Shown here in pieces: positions 28,527-50,130 of a stretch of DNA of 64,000 bases. This DNA is from Chrysomallon squamiferum (Eukaryota; Animalia; Mollusca), in assembly GCA_012295275.1 (NCBI GenBank), contig CM022668.1, positions 7,316,001 to 7,380,000 on the forward strand. The letters are read 5' to 3'. How positions within the stretch are numbered: position 1 is the first letter of the stretch; every line of letters begins with the position of its first letter. A program made the translations under genes and the position numbers. The notes below the pieces were generated by a model. The model searched no databases. It was given only the letters and a program-made list of their open reading frames with translations, and was not told the DNA's origin.

Positions 28527-28561
<35 letters not shown>

Positions 28562-29115
28562 ATAATAATAATAATAATGATAATAATAACAGCACAAGAG
28601 TTTTAACGATATACTGACAATAACAATGAAATATAAACAAACACTACGGTAATAATAGCAACAATAAAAAAAATAAGACATTTTTTTATTAAGTGGTATT
28701 TTATTTGAAAGAGGAAAGAAGTTAGGTGTGTGATAACATTTTTAAAAATATCATTTTCCAATTAAATTATATATCATAAGAAAGTCGGAAACGGGGCAGA
28801 TTAAAATGATAAAACTGATATGAAATCGTTATAAATGAATTTTTATTAGAATTTACGAACAAACTGTGTTTGATTCTGGCCTCAATTTTATTTAAACAAT
28901 ATAAAATATAAATATCTATTTCGATAGTAACGATATCAACTGAATGAATTTGTTTATGTCTACGGTTACCATTTGAAGACATAATTGATTCAAACATCAG
29001 TTTTTGCCTCATTTCAAAGAGTTTAGTTTCGGCAATATACATAGGTACATGACAAGAGAGTCTCAACAGAAGACATCCCAGTTTTAGTAATATGTTTTTG
29101 CTAACCTGGGGGGGG

Positions 29116-29178
<63 letters not shown>

Positions 29179-29601
29179 AGAGACAGAGAGAGAGACAGAG
29201 AGACAGAGAGAGAGAGATGTTTTATGCGTGTGTCAAAGACAGAGAGGATGAGTAAAATAGAAGAAGGTAGTCTGTAAGACAGAGAATGAGAGAGAAAGAG
29301 AAGAAGAACTTTCTGCGTGAGAGAAATATAATGACAGACGCACACCGAGACTGATGTATGTTTGGGTGATATTTAATTTTTGATATTGACAGGTTTGTGT
29401 AGTAATGAACTGATGTGTTTTAATAAATCTGACGTGTATTTTAATCTGTGTAAAAGTTTTGTATATAAGTATTTGAAGGATATATGTGAAAGTAAAAGTG
29501 TTTTAAAAAAATGTTTTGTACAAAATAAATTTTGTTGTTTTGGACCTGTTTGTATTATTGTTGGTGATTTTTATTTTTATTTTTTTTAATTTGTTGCCGT
29601 T

Positions 29602-29642
<41 letters not shown>

Positions 29643-29877
29643 TTTTATTTTTTAATTTTCTTAATACAATGTTTCAAAACACAAAAAACTATATTTTTGT
29701 TTTTATTTTTGTATTTAATATTTCCAAATATTTGTAATTATATACTATATGCATACAACACATACACATACAATCTCTCTCTCGCATGTACACATATGCA
29801 CACACACACACGCACGCGCGCACACACACTTACATTTATACATATTTCAGTCATTCTGTAACTGCGGTGAACAGTCA

Positions 29878-31310
29878 TATAGAATTCGACAAAGACTTCA
29901 TTTTATCAGATATTCACTGCTTTTGATTCCAAATGAAACAAATCAATCACATTTTCTCCGTAAATTTTGATAACGTTTTGCATATCAGTGTTACCAAAGA
30001 CATCTTGATGTCATTTTAATTTGCCCCCTTTTTTATCGTCTTTCTTATGATATATAATTTTATTGGAAAATTCTATTTTTGAAAATGTTATCGCACACCC
30101 ACTTTCTCTCCTCTATCAGATAAAATACCATCTAGCAATGTTTTATAATATTTTTTGTTGTAGCTGTTATTACTTTTGTATTAGTATTAATTTTATCCTT
30201 ATCAATATATTGAGCTATTATTATTATTATTATTATTATTATTGTTGTTGTTGTTGTTATTATTAAACGGATTTAGGAACTGGCCGAAGATATGTAACAA
30301 CGAGATTTACCGAGTTATTCCGAATGGCAAAATGACGTCAACAATTGTCAAACGTCACGGTGGACAGCCATTGTGAATGTCATGTGGTTTTGTCTTGCTA
30401 GAAATTCGTTGTTTTAAGGTATAAAATGATTTTTATTTCCGCAGTAACTTTGATAAATTATAGATTTTATATCGTAGATAAAATTAGTTTAATCAAATAT
30501 TTCTATCGCATTAAATTAACCTATAAACGCACAAACGTTTTTACATCTCAAATACATCATTGCGTAATCTTAAAGTTTTAAAGATATATTAAACTTATAA
30601 ATACCACGTTTACTAGAGTCTATAAATAAATAATTATCTATTTATTTTAACAAATTCTGCCACTAAATTTGATAATGTTTGTAATAATAGGAAACATAAG
30701 TTTAAACTTGCTAAATGTTTTTCAACACACGAGTCTAAATTCACAAACGCGTTACACATTTTGTTTAGACTGTGTGTATGTGTGTATGTATTTTGTATTG
30801 TCAGTCTTTATATATGTTTATGTATGTAATTTTGTTTAGACTGTGTGTATGTGTGAATGTATTTTGTATTGTCAGTCTTTATATATGTTTATGTATGTAT
30901 GTAATTTTGTACTGTTAGTGTGTGTATGTATGTATATATGTATGTGTGTGTGTATGTATGTATGCATCTATATGTGTGTGTTTTGTAAAGTTAGTGTTTA
31001 TATATGTTTATGTAGTGTCTCTGTTTTGTATTGTTAGTGTTTATATTTGTTTATGTATGTATATCTGTATGTATGTGCATCTGTGTTTTGTATTGTGTTT
31101 ATATTTGTTTATGTATGGGTCTATTTTGTATTGTTAGTGTTTATGTATGTATGTATGTATATGTCTGTGTTTTGTATTTGTGTTTACATGTTTACGTATG
31201 TATGTATATTGTTTGTGTTTATATATGTTTATGTCTGTATGTATTTGTGTCATTCTTTTGTATTGTTTGTGTTTATATATGTTCTTGTGTGTATGTGTAG
31301 GTATGTTTTT
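29878..31310 (+). repeat. Inverted partial copy of the unit (upstream flank, promoter/exon 1, start of intron-1 satellite)
   Basis: Reverse complement of about 13000-14320 / 21000-22075; donor AAG/GTATAA at 30418/30419; truncates an exon-3 copy at about 29876. Confidence 0.9.
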
Positions 31311-32523
31311 TAATTTCGTGATGATAATAATTAAGATTTAATATAAAGTTCTTGTGGGTTTTATAAAAACATATATAGATCTCTGAAACTAGTGATTTGT
31401 GACTTGATATGTTTTTGGGGGAAATGTGACATTAATTTATTTAAAAATTTTATAACCAGTGTGTGTTTCTTTTTGTGGGTTTTTATATCACAATAATAAA
31501 CATATTTATACTGATGTTTTTGTAATTGTCACACAAACATTAAAATTATTTTAGAAAAAAATATAAAAATTATGATTTAAAATAAATCTATTAACATTAG
31601 AGATATAAAATACTAATATAACAGGAAAACAATTAAGATTATTATACAAAAAAAAATTAAAATTATAATTTAAAATAAATCTATAATACAATAAAAAGGT
31701 ATATTAAAAACTTGATAAAATATTAATATAACAAAAAAAATTAAAATTATAATGCAAAAAAAAAAGAAGCTTATTAAAATTAGAAATATAAAATATTATC
31801 AGCGGAAAATATATTTTAAAATTAGAATTAAAAATTGTATATTAAAATTATTACAGAAATAATATATTTAACTTAGCAGTAAAAATATATCAAAATAATT
31901 GGTTAAAATAAAAAATAAATTATTTACATGATTCCACAGATGTTAAAAAAAAAAAAAAAAAAAAAAAAACACACAAGAAATTCACCCAAAAAAATCAGTT
32001 CAAAACACTAACAGACGCACACACGCACACACACACACAGCAAGTGTTTTAATTTAATTGTTTGATTCTCAAAGTTTTATCATCAAAATTTATCAAAACA
32101 TTTTTAAATGATTTTGAAAACACTGCAGTTATTGTTATACAGTATTTGACTTAGAATATTATCTTTAAAGAAAAAGCAATAAATTAACACATTCAATTTT
32201 TAAGACAAATAAAATAATTACAATTCTTATTTGATGAAATGACCCGAGTTCTGTTATTTTTCATGATAAAAATTATTTAACTAAATCTTTTTTTCAAAAA
32301 TATTTAAACATATCCGTTGTTTAAAAAATAAATTAACTAAATTTGTTGTTTAAAAAATTAAATTAACCAAATTTAATTTTAACTGATAGCATTTTTGTCA
32401 TTGCTTTTATACATTAAATCATTTGTTTTTAAAAATAACGTAGCAAAATCTATTGAGTTAAAAAACTTACTAATTAAAATCAGTTGTTTTACTTATTTAT
32501 TTATTTTTATTTTTTATTTTTTA

Positions 32524-33116
32524 TTCAGTTGAGGAATAAGTCATTGTGGTTCATAATTGGTTCAAATTTTGTCCCATTTCAGGGTGTTAAAATGGAATGT
32601 CAAGTTGAAAAAAAGGTGCATTTTCGACACTTGCTGCTCTTTGCATTCAATCGTGACGGGAAGAATGCGAAAGCCACCAAGGCTGCTCATGAGATTTGTT
32701 CTGTGTATGGAAAAGATGCTATGCCAGAAAGGACCGCACAGTGGTGGTTTTCACGTTTCAGAAACGGTAACTTCAACCTCACTGATGACGAACGTTCTGG
32801 TCGTCCTGTTATATTTAATGAAGATCAGTTGATTCATCTTCTCCGTGAAAATCCACATCAGTCAACCAGAGAACTGGCTAAACAGTTGGCATGTGATCAG
32901 AAAACTGTTGTGAATCACCTTCATTCGATGGGGAAAGTTCGAAAACTTGGCATATGCATTCCACATTCTTTGAGTGAAAACAACAAACTACAGCATAAAT
33001 AACAAACACAGTAAATACATTACTGATTAAATTACATCTTGTTATCAGTTAAGCTTAAGATTTCTTGTACGTAACAATTAAATCTAATAAACACAGTGAC
33101 TTATTCCTCAACCCAA
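32524..33116 (+). mobile_element. Internally deleted mariner element, second copy (duplicated with its flanks)
   Basis: TIRs TTCAGTTGAGGAATAAGTCA / TGACTTATTCCTCAACCCAA with TA flanks. Confidence 0.9.
32592..33002 (+). pseudogene. Truncated mariner transposase (136 aa, DNA-binding region only)
   Basis: MECQVEKKVHFRHLLLFAF...DDERSGRP...KLGICIPHSL; same stop position as copy 1. Confidence 0.85.
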
Positions 33117-33499
33117 TATTTTACTTTCTTCCTTTTTTTTTTTTCTTTTTTTTCAATTTAATATTTGCAAACATACTAATTATAGAATTGTCACAAATTG
33201 TTACTTCAATCACATCCGCACTTTTTTAATGTTCTTCACCAATTCTTCAACTCCATGGCACTGTTATAAAAGGTCTGGCATTTGGTAATTAAAGAATGAA
33301 GGAAAAAAAAACAAGAGCTCCGTCAGGCGGGGAAACCAATGATTCTTATTTTGTCTTGATTCCCCATGTGACCTTATTCATATCATTAATCAAAATTACT
33401 TAAACATAATGTTTTATGATTATATAATGTATTATTATCAAGTCAATTGTATATTATAATTAAATAATTAATGTAAATCTTAACTTGTGTTGTTTTTAT

Positions 33500-36400
33500 T
33501 TCTCTAGTGGATTGATAGACTTATTAATTTATATAGACTGCAGTCAATTTAGTATTTATATTCTTTGTTAGTTGGCCATTAAAGCACCTTTTATCCTAGA
33601 CTGAGCCTTAATAAAACATACAAGATCTTTAAAAGTGTGAGTCTTGTGACAATAATATATGCATACAACAGATACAAAAACACTGACACACACACAGACA
33701 CACAAACACTGACACAAACACAGACACACACACAATCCACACAGACACACACACAGACAATCCACACCTATACATTTCATTGTTTTTTTTTCATTGTTTT
33801 TTGTTTTCCTTTTATTTATTTATTTATTTATTTAGCTATTTTATTTTATTTTAATTTTTATTTATTATTATTATTTTTTTTTTATTCAATATTTCCAAAC
33901 ATATATATTATATGTATGTATACATCAAATACACATTCAATCTCACACACATTCCCACACACACACAGATATTCACATATTTATACATATTTCAGTGATT
34001 CTGTACCTGTGGTGAACAGTCCCCCAGTTAACTCATTTTCAAGTGTGAGTTAATCTGTATTAACCACACTGAGGTGGGGGTGTCATCACTCACCAGGTGA
34101 CTCAATGTTGCTGCATTTAAGGTACAATTTTCTTTATAAATAAATTTACATTTAAAAAAATGGTGAGGAATGATGAAAAATAATAATAATAATAATAATG
34201 AAACAATAAAAAAGAAATATAAGAAAAAATAAATTTTGCCTTTACTATAAGACTCAAGGAAATTGCACCATTTTGTTTGAAAGAAAATAATTAACTTTTA
34301 TGTATTTGAAATATCAAACACTAAAACCACATATTTATATTATATTTATTATATTATAGTAAATTATATTATATTATATTATATTATATTATATTATATT
34401 ATATTATATTATATTATATTATAAAGGAAAAATATTGTAACAAAAACAAAAGCAGAAGAACTGTAGAGAAATAAAATGTATTAATGTTATGTGACAAACA
34501 GATAAATTATTTTCCTACTTTTTACATCAGTATTTGTTTTTCCTTAATTCCTTAATTATTTACTTATTTTCTTTTGTTCACTTAATTTTTATTTCACTTA
34601 ATTTATTTATTGATTTATTTATTTACTAATTTATTTGTTTGTTTACTAAAATATTTATTTATTTACTAATTTATTTATTTACTAATTTATTTGTTTGTTT
34701 ACTAAAATATTTATTTATTTACTATTATATTTATTTATTTATTTATTGATTTATTTATTTACTGAAAAAAGTAGAAAAGGTAATTGGAAAAAAAAAAAAA
34801 TATATATATATATATATTAAATTATATTAATATAATTTCAACTTTTTATTCACTCTTTTTATCTCTATAATTTTGTTAATTTTAAATAAAGAAAATACAG
34901 GTGCATTTGAGTCCTATAGTAACCTAAAATTTTGAAGCATCAAGCCAAAATATCAAAATAAAAACAAAAACAATTTGGATGCAAATTTTGACGGTTCACC
35001 AAAGTAATGGATATTGGAAAATACTATTTTGAAAACATGTAGATACCAAATTTGAAGTAAATTCCAATAATGAACCTTAAACGTACCTCGGTGGACAGCT
35101 GAAGTCAGGTCATGTGATTTTCTACAGGTCAGTTTTGTAATTGATGTTTTGTAATAAATAAAAATTACTTACAGGTGAAGATATCTAGTAAAATTATCTA
35201 TCAATGTGATGAGTTATCTGTTATGTATGCCTATATGTTTACTAATACAAGACTGTAGACAGACACACAAAGAAAAATACACATACACACAGAGACACAG
35301 ACATCTAACAACACAAAACAAAACATACATACAGACATACAGAAATAATCACATATAAACACAAACAATCCAAAACACACATACATACATAAACATATAT
35401 AAACACTAACAATACAAAACACATACATACATACATACACACATACATAAACATATATAAACACTAACAATACAAATCACAGACACACAGATGTACCTAA
35501 AAATATGTAAACACTAACAATTCAAAGCACAGACACACATACATACATACATAACATATATAAACACAAACAATGCAAAACAAAACCACACATACATAAC
35601 TAAACATATATAAACACTAAGAATATAAAACACAGACACACATACATACATACATACATACATATATAAACACAATACAAAACAGAGACACACATAAATG
35701 CATTGATAAACATATATAAACACTAACAATACAAAGCACAGACACACATACATAACTAAACATTTATAAACACTAACAATACAATATATACACACACATA
35801 CATACATAAGCTTATATAAACACTGACAAAAATAAATACAGACACACATACATACATAAAAATATATAAACACTAACAATACAAAACACAAACACACATA
35901 CATACATACATAAATATATATAAACACAAACAATGCAAAACAAACCCACACATACATACATACCTAAACATATATAAACACTAACAATACAAAACACATA
36001 CATACATACATAAACATATATAACATTAACAATACAAAACACAGACATACACACATATATACATAAACATATATAAATACAATACAACATAAATACACAG
36101 ACACATAAATATATATAAACACAACACAAAAGCACACATACATACACACATGCATATAGACTTAAACATATATATTAACAAACAATACAGACCACAGATA
36201 CAATATACACATTAACTAATATAAACATAAACAACAGAAAACATAGACACACACACACACACACACATACATACATAAACATATATAAACACAAATACAA
36301 AACACAAAATACAAAACAATACAAAAGAATGACACAAATACATAGACATAAACATATATAAACACAAACAATATACATACATATGTAAACATGTAAACAC

Positions 36401-38660
36401 AAATACAAAACACAGACACATATACATACATACATAAACATATCTAAACACTAGCAATACAAAACAGACACACATACATATATACATACATAAACATATA
36501 TAAACACAGATACACATACATACATACATAAACATATATAAACATTAACAATACAAAACACAGACACACATACATACATAAACATATACATACAAACAAT
36601 ACAAAACACAGACACATATACATACATACATAAACATATAAATACTAACAATACAAAACACAGACACATACATGCATACATACAAAAACATATATAAATA
36701 CTAACAACACAATACAAAACACAGAAACACATATGTACATAACTTATAAACACCAACTATAGAAAACATACATAAGCACAAAGAGTACAAAACACAAATA
36801 CATACATATATAAAAATATATAAACACTAACAATACAAAACAGACACATACATAAACAAATATAAACATTATACAAAACATACATACATAAACATATATA
36901 TATACAACATAAAACATATATAAACATATATAAAATACAATAAACAGTAACAATACAAACACACATACATACATACATATATAAACATATATAAACACAA
37001 TATAAAAACAGACACAATTCATACAACATATATAAACATATAAACAAAACACACACACACACACATACATACAAACATATATAAACACTAACATAAAAAA
37101 AACCACAATACAAACAGACACACATTCATAAAACATATATAAACACAGCACAAAAATAAACACAGACAAATAAACACATAAACATATATAAACACTAACA
37201 GTATAAAAAGAGACACATACATACATACATAAACATATATAAAATAGAAACAATGACAAAAAATAAACACAGACAAATAAACACATAAACATATATAAAC
37301 ACTAACAATACAAAACAGAGACACACACACATGCATACATACATAAACATATATAAACACTAACAATACAAAAAGAGAGACACATACATGCATACATACA
37401 TAAACATATAAACACTAACAAGACAAAACACAGACACACATACATACATGCACACATAAACATATATAAACACTAATAGTACAAAACAGAGACAGCCTTA
37501 CATACATATATAAACATATATAAACACAATACAAAACACAGACACACATACATGCATACATACATAAACATATATAAACACAATACAAAACATATATACA
37601 CATACATACATACCTAAACATTTAAACACAATACAAATTCACAGACATACATACATACATACATAAACATATATTAACACAAACAATACAAAACACACAC
37701 AAACATACATATATATATACATAAACATATATAAACACTAACAATACAAAACATAGACACACACACACACATACATACATAAACATATATAAACAGTAAC
37801 AATACAAAACATAGACACACATACTTACATATATAAATATATAAACAGAATAGAAAACACATACACACACACACATACATACATACATACATAAACATAT
37901 ATAAACACTAACAGTACAAAACAGAGACACACATACATATATACATTAACATATATAAACACTGACAATACAAAACAGACACACATACATACATACTGAT
38001 ATATATATAAATACTAATGATACAAAACACACACATACATAGACATATAAACACTAACAATACAAAAGACAAACACACATACATATATTCCTACATAAAC
38101 ATATAAACACTGACAATGCAAAAACCACACACACACACACACACACACAAACACTAACACTAGAAAACAGACATAAAAAACAGACATAAACTTATATAAA
38201 CATAAACAATGCAAAAGACAGACAAACATACAAATATACATAAAGATATATAAAGACTAACTCATAAAAAATACATATAAGCATAGATAACTAAACAAAA
38301 TGCGTAACCTGTTTAGAGTGGTGTGTGTTGAAAAAACATTTACCAAGTTTGAACTTACTTTTCGTATCATTTCATATGTTATCAAATTAGGGACTGCAAT
38401 GCTTAAATAAATAATTAATCATTTGTTTACAGAATTTGTAAAAACGTTTGTGCGTATATAGATTAATTTAATGCGATAGAAATATTTGATTAAACTAATT
38501 TTATCTACGATATAAAATCTATAATTTATCAAAGTTACTGCGGAAATAAAAATCATTTTATACCTTAAAACAAAGAATTTCTAGCAAGAGAAAACGACAT
38601 GACATTCACAATGGCTGTCCACCGTGACGTTTGACAATTGTTGACGTCATTTTGCCACTC
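33500..38660 (-). ncRNA. Putative spliced non-coding gene, unit 4 (head-to-head with the paraoxonase gene)
   Basis: Exon 1 ends at 38564; exon 2 is 35087-35252; exon 3 is 34007-34110; possible terminal exon acceptor TTTTATTAAG/ at 33606. Confidence 0.5.
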
Positions 38661-39096
38661 GGAATAATTCGGTAAATCTCGTTTGTTACATATCTTGGTC
38701 TTTTTTTTTTTTTTTTAATAAGACCGTTCAATAAATTTAGTAACATATTATAATAGCTAGGTTAATTATTAATACATGAACTGAAATATAACGGTGCTTT
38801 TTCAAATCCAATCCAATTCGCTTTAGTTTATAATTTGTTTGCTGTTGTTTCTAACTGAACTATCAAAATTCGTTTCGAGAACCGTATCAGAAAGAAAAAA
38901 TCGAGTTACTGTGAATAAACTGAATTTTATTATTTATTTCAAAAGAAACACCACCACCACCACCACAACTAATAATAATGATAATAAATTTTAGAAATTT
39001 CACAAAATATACTTAACTGGATAAGTGTGCGCGTATCTATTTGTATAGCGTGATCGCATGAATGTTTTTTGTTGTTTTTGTTGTTGTTGTTGTTGT

Positions 39097-39191
<95 letters not shown>

Positions 39192-39384
39192 CATAAGAAA
39201 GATAGATATACCCTGAAAGCGCCGTTGTACAGAAGTTGTTCATGGGACAAGAAACGTGTAAAAAAAAAAGATATTCTACATATATAATATTATTTATTTA
39301 TTTATTTATTTTATATTATATATTCTTATTTTATTTTTTATATTTATTGGTGAAACGGTCGTTCAACTGCTTTTCGAAAAGCAA

Positions 39385-39397
39385 TGACCTTTGAACC
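39385..39397 (+). promoter_or_regulatory. DR1 nuclear-receptor element (HNF4/COUP-TF/RXR type) in the paraoxonase promoter
   Basis: TGACCT-T-TGAACC, about 100 bp upstream of an Inr-like TCAGTT (39499-39504) and a 5'UTR exon donor CAG/GTGAGG at 39524. Confidence 0.55.
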
Positions 39398-40159
39398 ATA
39401 ATATTAGATCGACAGGGGACGTTACTCTGACTCATAAAATAAAATATATATAAAATTAATTGCTATACCAGTATTCTCGGCCGTTGTTCACAAGACAATC
39501 AGTTCATAGCTGAATATTCGACAGGTGAGGATAATAATGACTGTAATGCTTGCATTTAGCAACTGAATAAATTTAAAGAACTTTCAATTGCTTTTGTTCA
39601 GATGTGGTGAAGGTCAAATATTCTAACTTCAAAGTTATATAATATTAAATCGGGCTTTGAAGTGCAGACTGCATTCTTCTTTTTTCATTCTTTTTTCTTT
39701 CATTCTTTCTTTTTGTCTTTCAGTGTTTCATTGTTTCCTTAATTTCCCCATCCCCAATTTGTTTATTTATTTATTTATTTACTTATTTTTCGATATAAAC
39801 TTGGCAATTCATAAATTTTAAAATAAATAAATAAACGAAAGTAAAACATGATTGAATAAAAATAATAATATTGTCGTCTGATTTCAGTTTTGTTATTTAC
39901 GTATTATTAAAACTAAAACCGCGTCGCAATTAACAAAACAGCCATGTATTTAGATAAAGTAGTTATTTCGTCTGCCACTGTGTAAACCCATTTGATATTG
40001 CAGATTGATATATTACATCTATTTATAAAAATAAGGAATATATTTTCAAGCAGCAGTGAAGTAGGCCTGCTAGTAACGAGTTGATTTTAGATTATTTGTC
40101 TTGTCATCTAAAACACTGTTATATTACAGTTTTCCTGTTATTAATCCCTAAAAGAATCT

Positions 40160-40205
<46 letters not shown>

Positions 40206-40251
40206 TTACATTTATAAATATATTATTATTTTTATATTTCAGAGTTTCACC

Positions 40252-47295
<7,044 letters not shown>

Positions 47296-50080
47296 TTCCC
47301 TCCATTAATGCAAAGCATTTAAGCTATAGGTTTTCTAGGAATTTTATTTTCCTCTGTAATTTTCATTATTAAGTAAGAACATTAAGTAAAATGTATTTTA
47401 GGAAAAGAATATTCCTTTGTAATGTCCACCATTAATATTGCATATTTAATGTATTTTTTATTATGTTAATAATATTTTTGTAATTTCTCCAGTATATTAA
47501 ACCCCTTAAGTTGGAGGTCCCATAACATTTGTGTTCTTATGAAATTTCCACCATTAAATAAAGTATGTAAATGTGTTTTTCTCACATCACTTTTCAAGAA
47601 TTGTGGTGGTCATTTCACTTTCCTCACTAAATTAATTAGTGAAATCGTATTAGGCAGAATTTGATACCTAATGTGTTCATTTAGTCTTCCCAACTCTTTG
47701 TTAAATCAAAAACACTATCATGTTTTTAGAGTATCATTTGGATCTGAATATCATTTGGATCTAAATTTAGGATTTTTCAAGTCATTACAATTCAAAAACA
47801 AAATCTCGCATTCTGATGTCAATATCTCATTCTGACAGGAAACTGAAGCTAACTGGTTACAGTGGTCTAACAATAAAACTGAATATTCAGTATAGATCAC
47901 ATACTGTATCACTGATTATATTATTGATTCACCAATTGATTCATTGGACCAATCCATGTTTTGTTTAGTTTTTATATATATAAGCTAACTGGTTAAATAT
48001 GTTACAATAAAATGAATTTATGCATTCCTTTGTAATTTTAGTTTATCATTAAAAAAGATTGCAATAAGTAATTTTATTTAAAAAAGATTGCATAAGTAAG
48101 ATTTTTTCTATTACTTTAATGTATCTTTGTAAATATATTTAAAGTATTAATATTGTAAAGATCTTTTTTAATTCTTTTATGAGTATTTATGGTGTTTGAA
48201 ATGAATTATACTATAATATCATTAGAACTGGTTAAACACTGAAGAGATACAAGAATATAATTTTGTTTTTTCTGTTTTAAGGTTATCTATGCAAACCTAA
48301 CAGAATTAGTATTATGTGCAAAACATTTTCATAGGGAGGGGGAATTCTAGCATTGTGATAAAAATATTTAGAGGGAAGGGGAGTTTTATCATTATCTGTA
48401 CAATATTTGCATAAGGATGGTGACTTCTGGTGTTATATACAAAAATTTACATTGCATATAAATATTTACATAGATAAGTGAACTTTGACATTATATACAT
48501 TATATTTACTTAAAACTGGAGAATTCTTACATTGTATCCAAAATATCTATATAGAGAAATTTGTTTTCAGAGTACTTGGATGAGAATATATAGTTAACAA
48601 AATAAATAAATAAAATGATGCTGTTAGTATCAATATCAATCAATCATCAAGTTTCAAATGTACAAATAAATTTATTTTATTTATTGAATGCTTTACAAAT
48701 ATGTGAAATCCATTTTCTTATTCAGTGCAAACAGGATTTTTTAGCAGGTGAAATATTTATGATTTTACACAGAAAAGAATTTTAAAAACTATCTTTGTAC
48801 ATAACATAGTTAAGTCCTAAAGTTGTTCCAAGACATTTATTTTTTGAGCAGCTAACATTCATTATTTATACTTTTATAATTAAAGATTTATTATTCATTT
48901 TTTTTATATTTAATACAAATAATCAGTATTGTTTATATATATATATATATTTTACAAATAATGATAATAGGTCTTCCTGTATCATAATTAACACATCATA
49001 CAAGATTTCACAAAAGTTATGCAAATCTGATGAAATTAATTTTTAAGTCATTAATTTTCTACCATTATATAACATGACAAAATTGATTTATTGTTAAATT
49101 TATGATTTGATGTATGAAATACATCATCAGAACTGACCGATGTGAATTTAAACGTATTTGATGTTGTCATATCAGCAAAGAAGATTAATTAATTAATAAA
49201 TAATAATGATGATGATGACAGTAATAATAATCAACAATCATATTAAACATATTATGCCTTTTCTAATTTTGAATGCCTTAATGTATTTTTATTTTTTATA
49301 AAGTAGTATATAAATGTTCATGAAAAACAGTAGTTATATTTTTAATTAGTTGCTGATAAAAACTTGAATTTCATTAGTTAAGAGTTTCAATTTACTTCAA
49401 AATAATATTGACTCATTAATGAAATTGATCAACAGTAGCCTGTAACATAGATAGGCATGGAGAATTTTTTTATACTATTTGTATTTTTATAATTGTTTAG
49501 ATTTTTTGTTTAACTGAGATATTTCAATAGCATTACAGTTGTTATATACTTTACAATGATTAGATATTTTTGTATATTTTTTAATGTTTTTACATGAAAA
49601 CTATTCGACAATATAGTTACAGCATTAATTTTATAGTCAGATAAAGTGTTCTGATTTTTTGTTTATTCTAAATATACAGAATTTATACATTAAATTAAAT
49701 AAATGTATTTAAATTTGTTTGGTGGTTTGTTCTTTATTTTAAGTTTTATGTAGTTCCAGCATGTGCTCCAGAGACAAAATGCAGCTGAAAATTAAGAAAA
49801 TCACTATTGTTTTAAACCTCACTTGATTTTTTTTTTTTTTTCAAATGTGGTAATAAATGGTTGCTTAAAAGTGGTCACTTACTGTCACATTAAAAACATC
49901 ATAAACTTTCTCTGTGTTTATTACAAAGATGAACAAGGTGCCAAGTTTCTTTCAAGACTATTCCATTGATACAAAGCCTGAATACCTTACTTGAATTCTT
50001 TGTCACAAACCTACACAGATGTAACTGGGAGCACATACCAATTATTAAAAACTCACTTGATCTAAAATATTTCATTAGAG

Positions 50081-50130
<50 letters not shown>

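Larger units (their letters stand above)
31320..34012 (+). repeat. Segmental duplication copy B, paralogous to 6816-9572
   Basis: Colinear with copy A, including the mariner insertion at the same site. Confidence 0.9.

Noticed and set aside
30356-30394. RSS/Transib-like signal: CACGGTG + 23 nt + GGTTTTGTC
   Set aside because: The nonamer-like sequence is in the wrong orientation, the partner end reads CTCGGTG, and there is no 5-bp TSD or transposase. The TIR origin is kept only as an alternative in the top finding.
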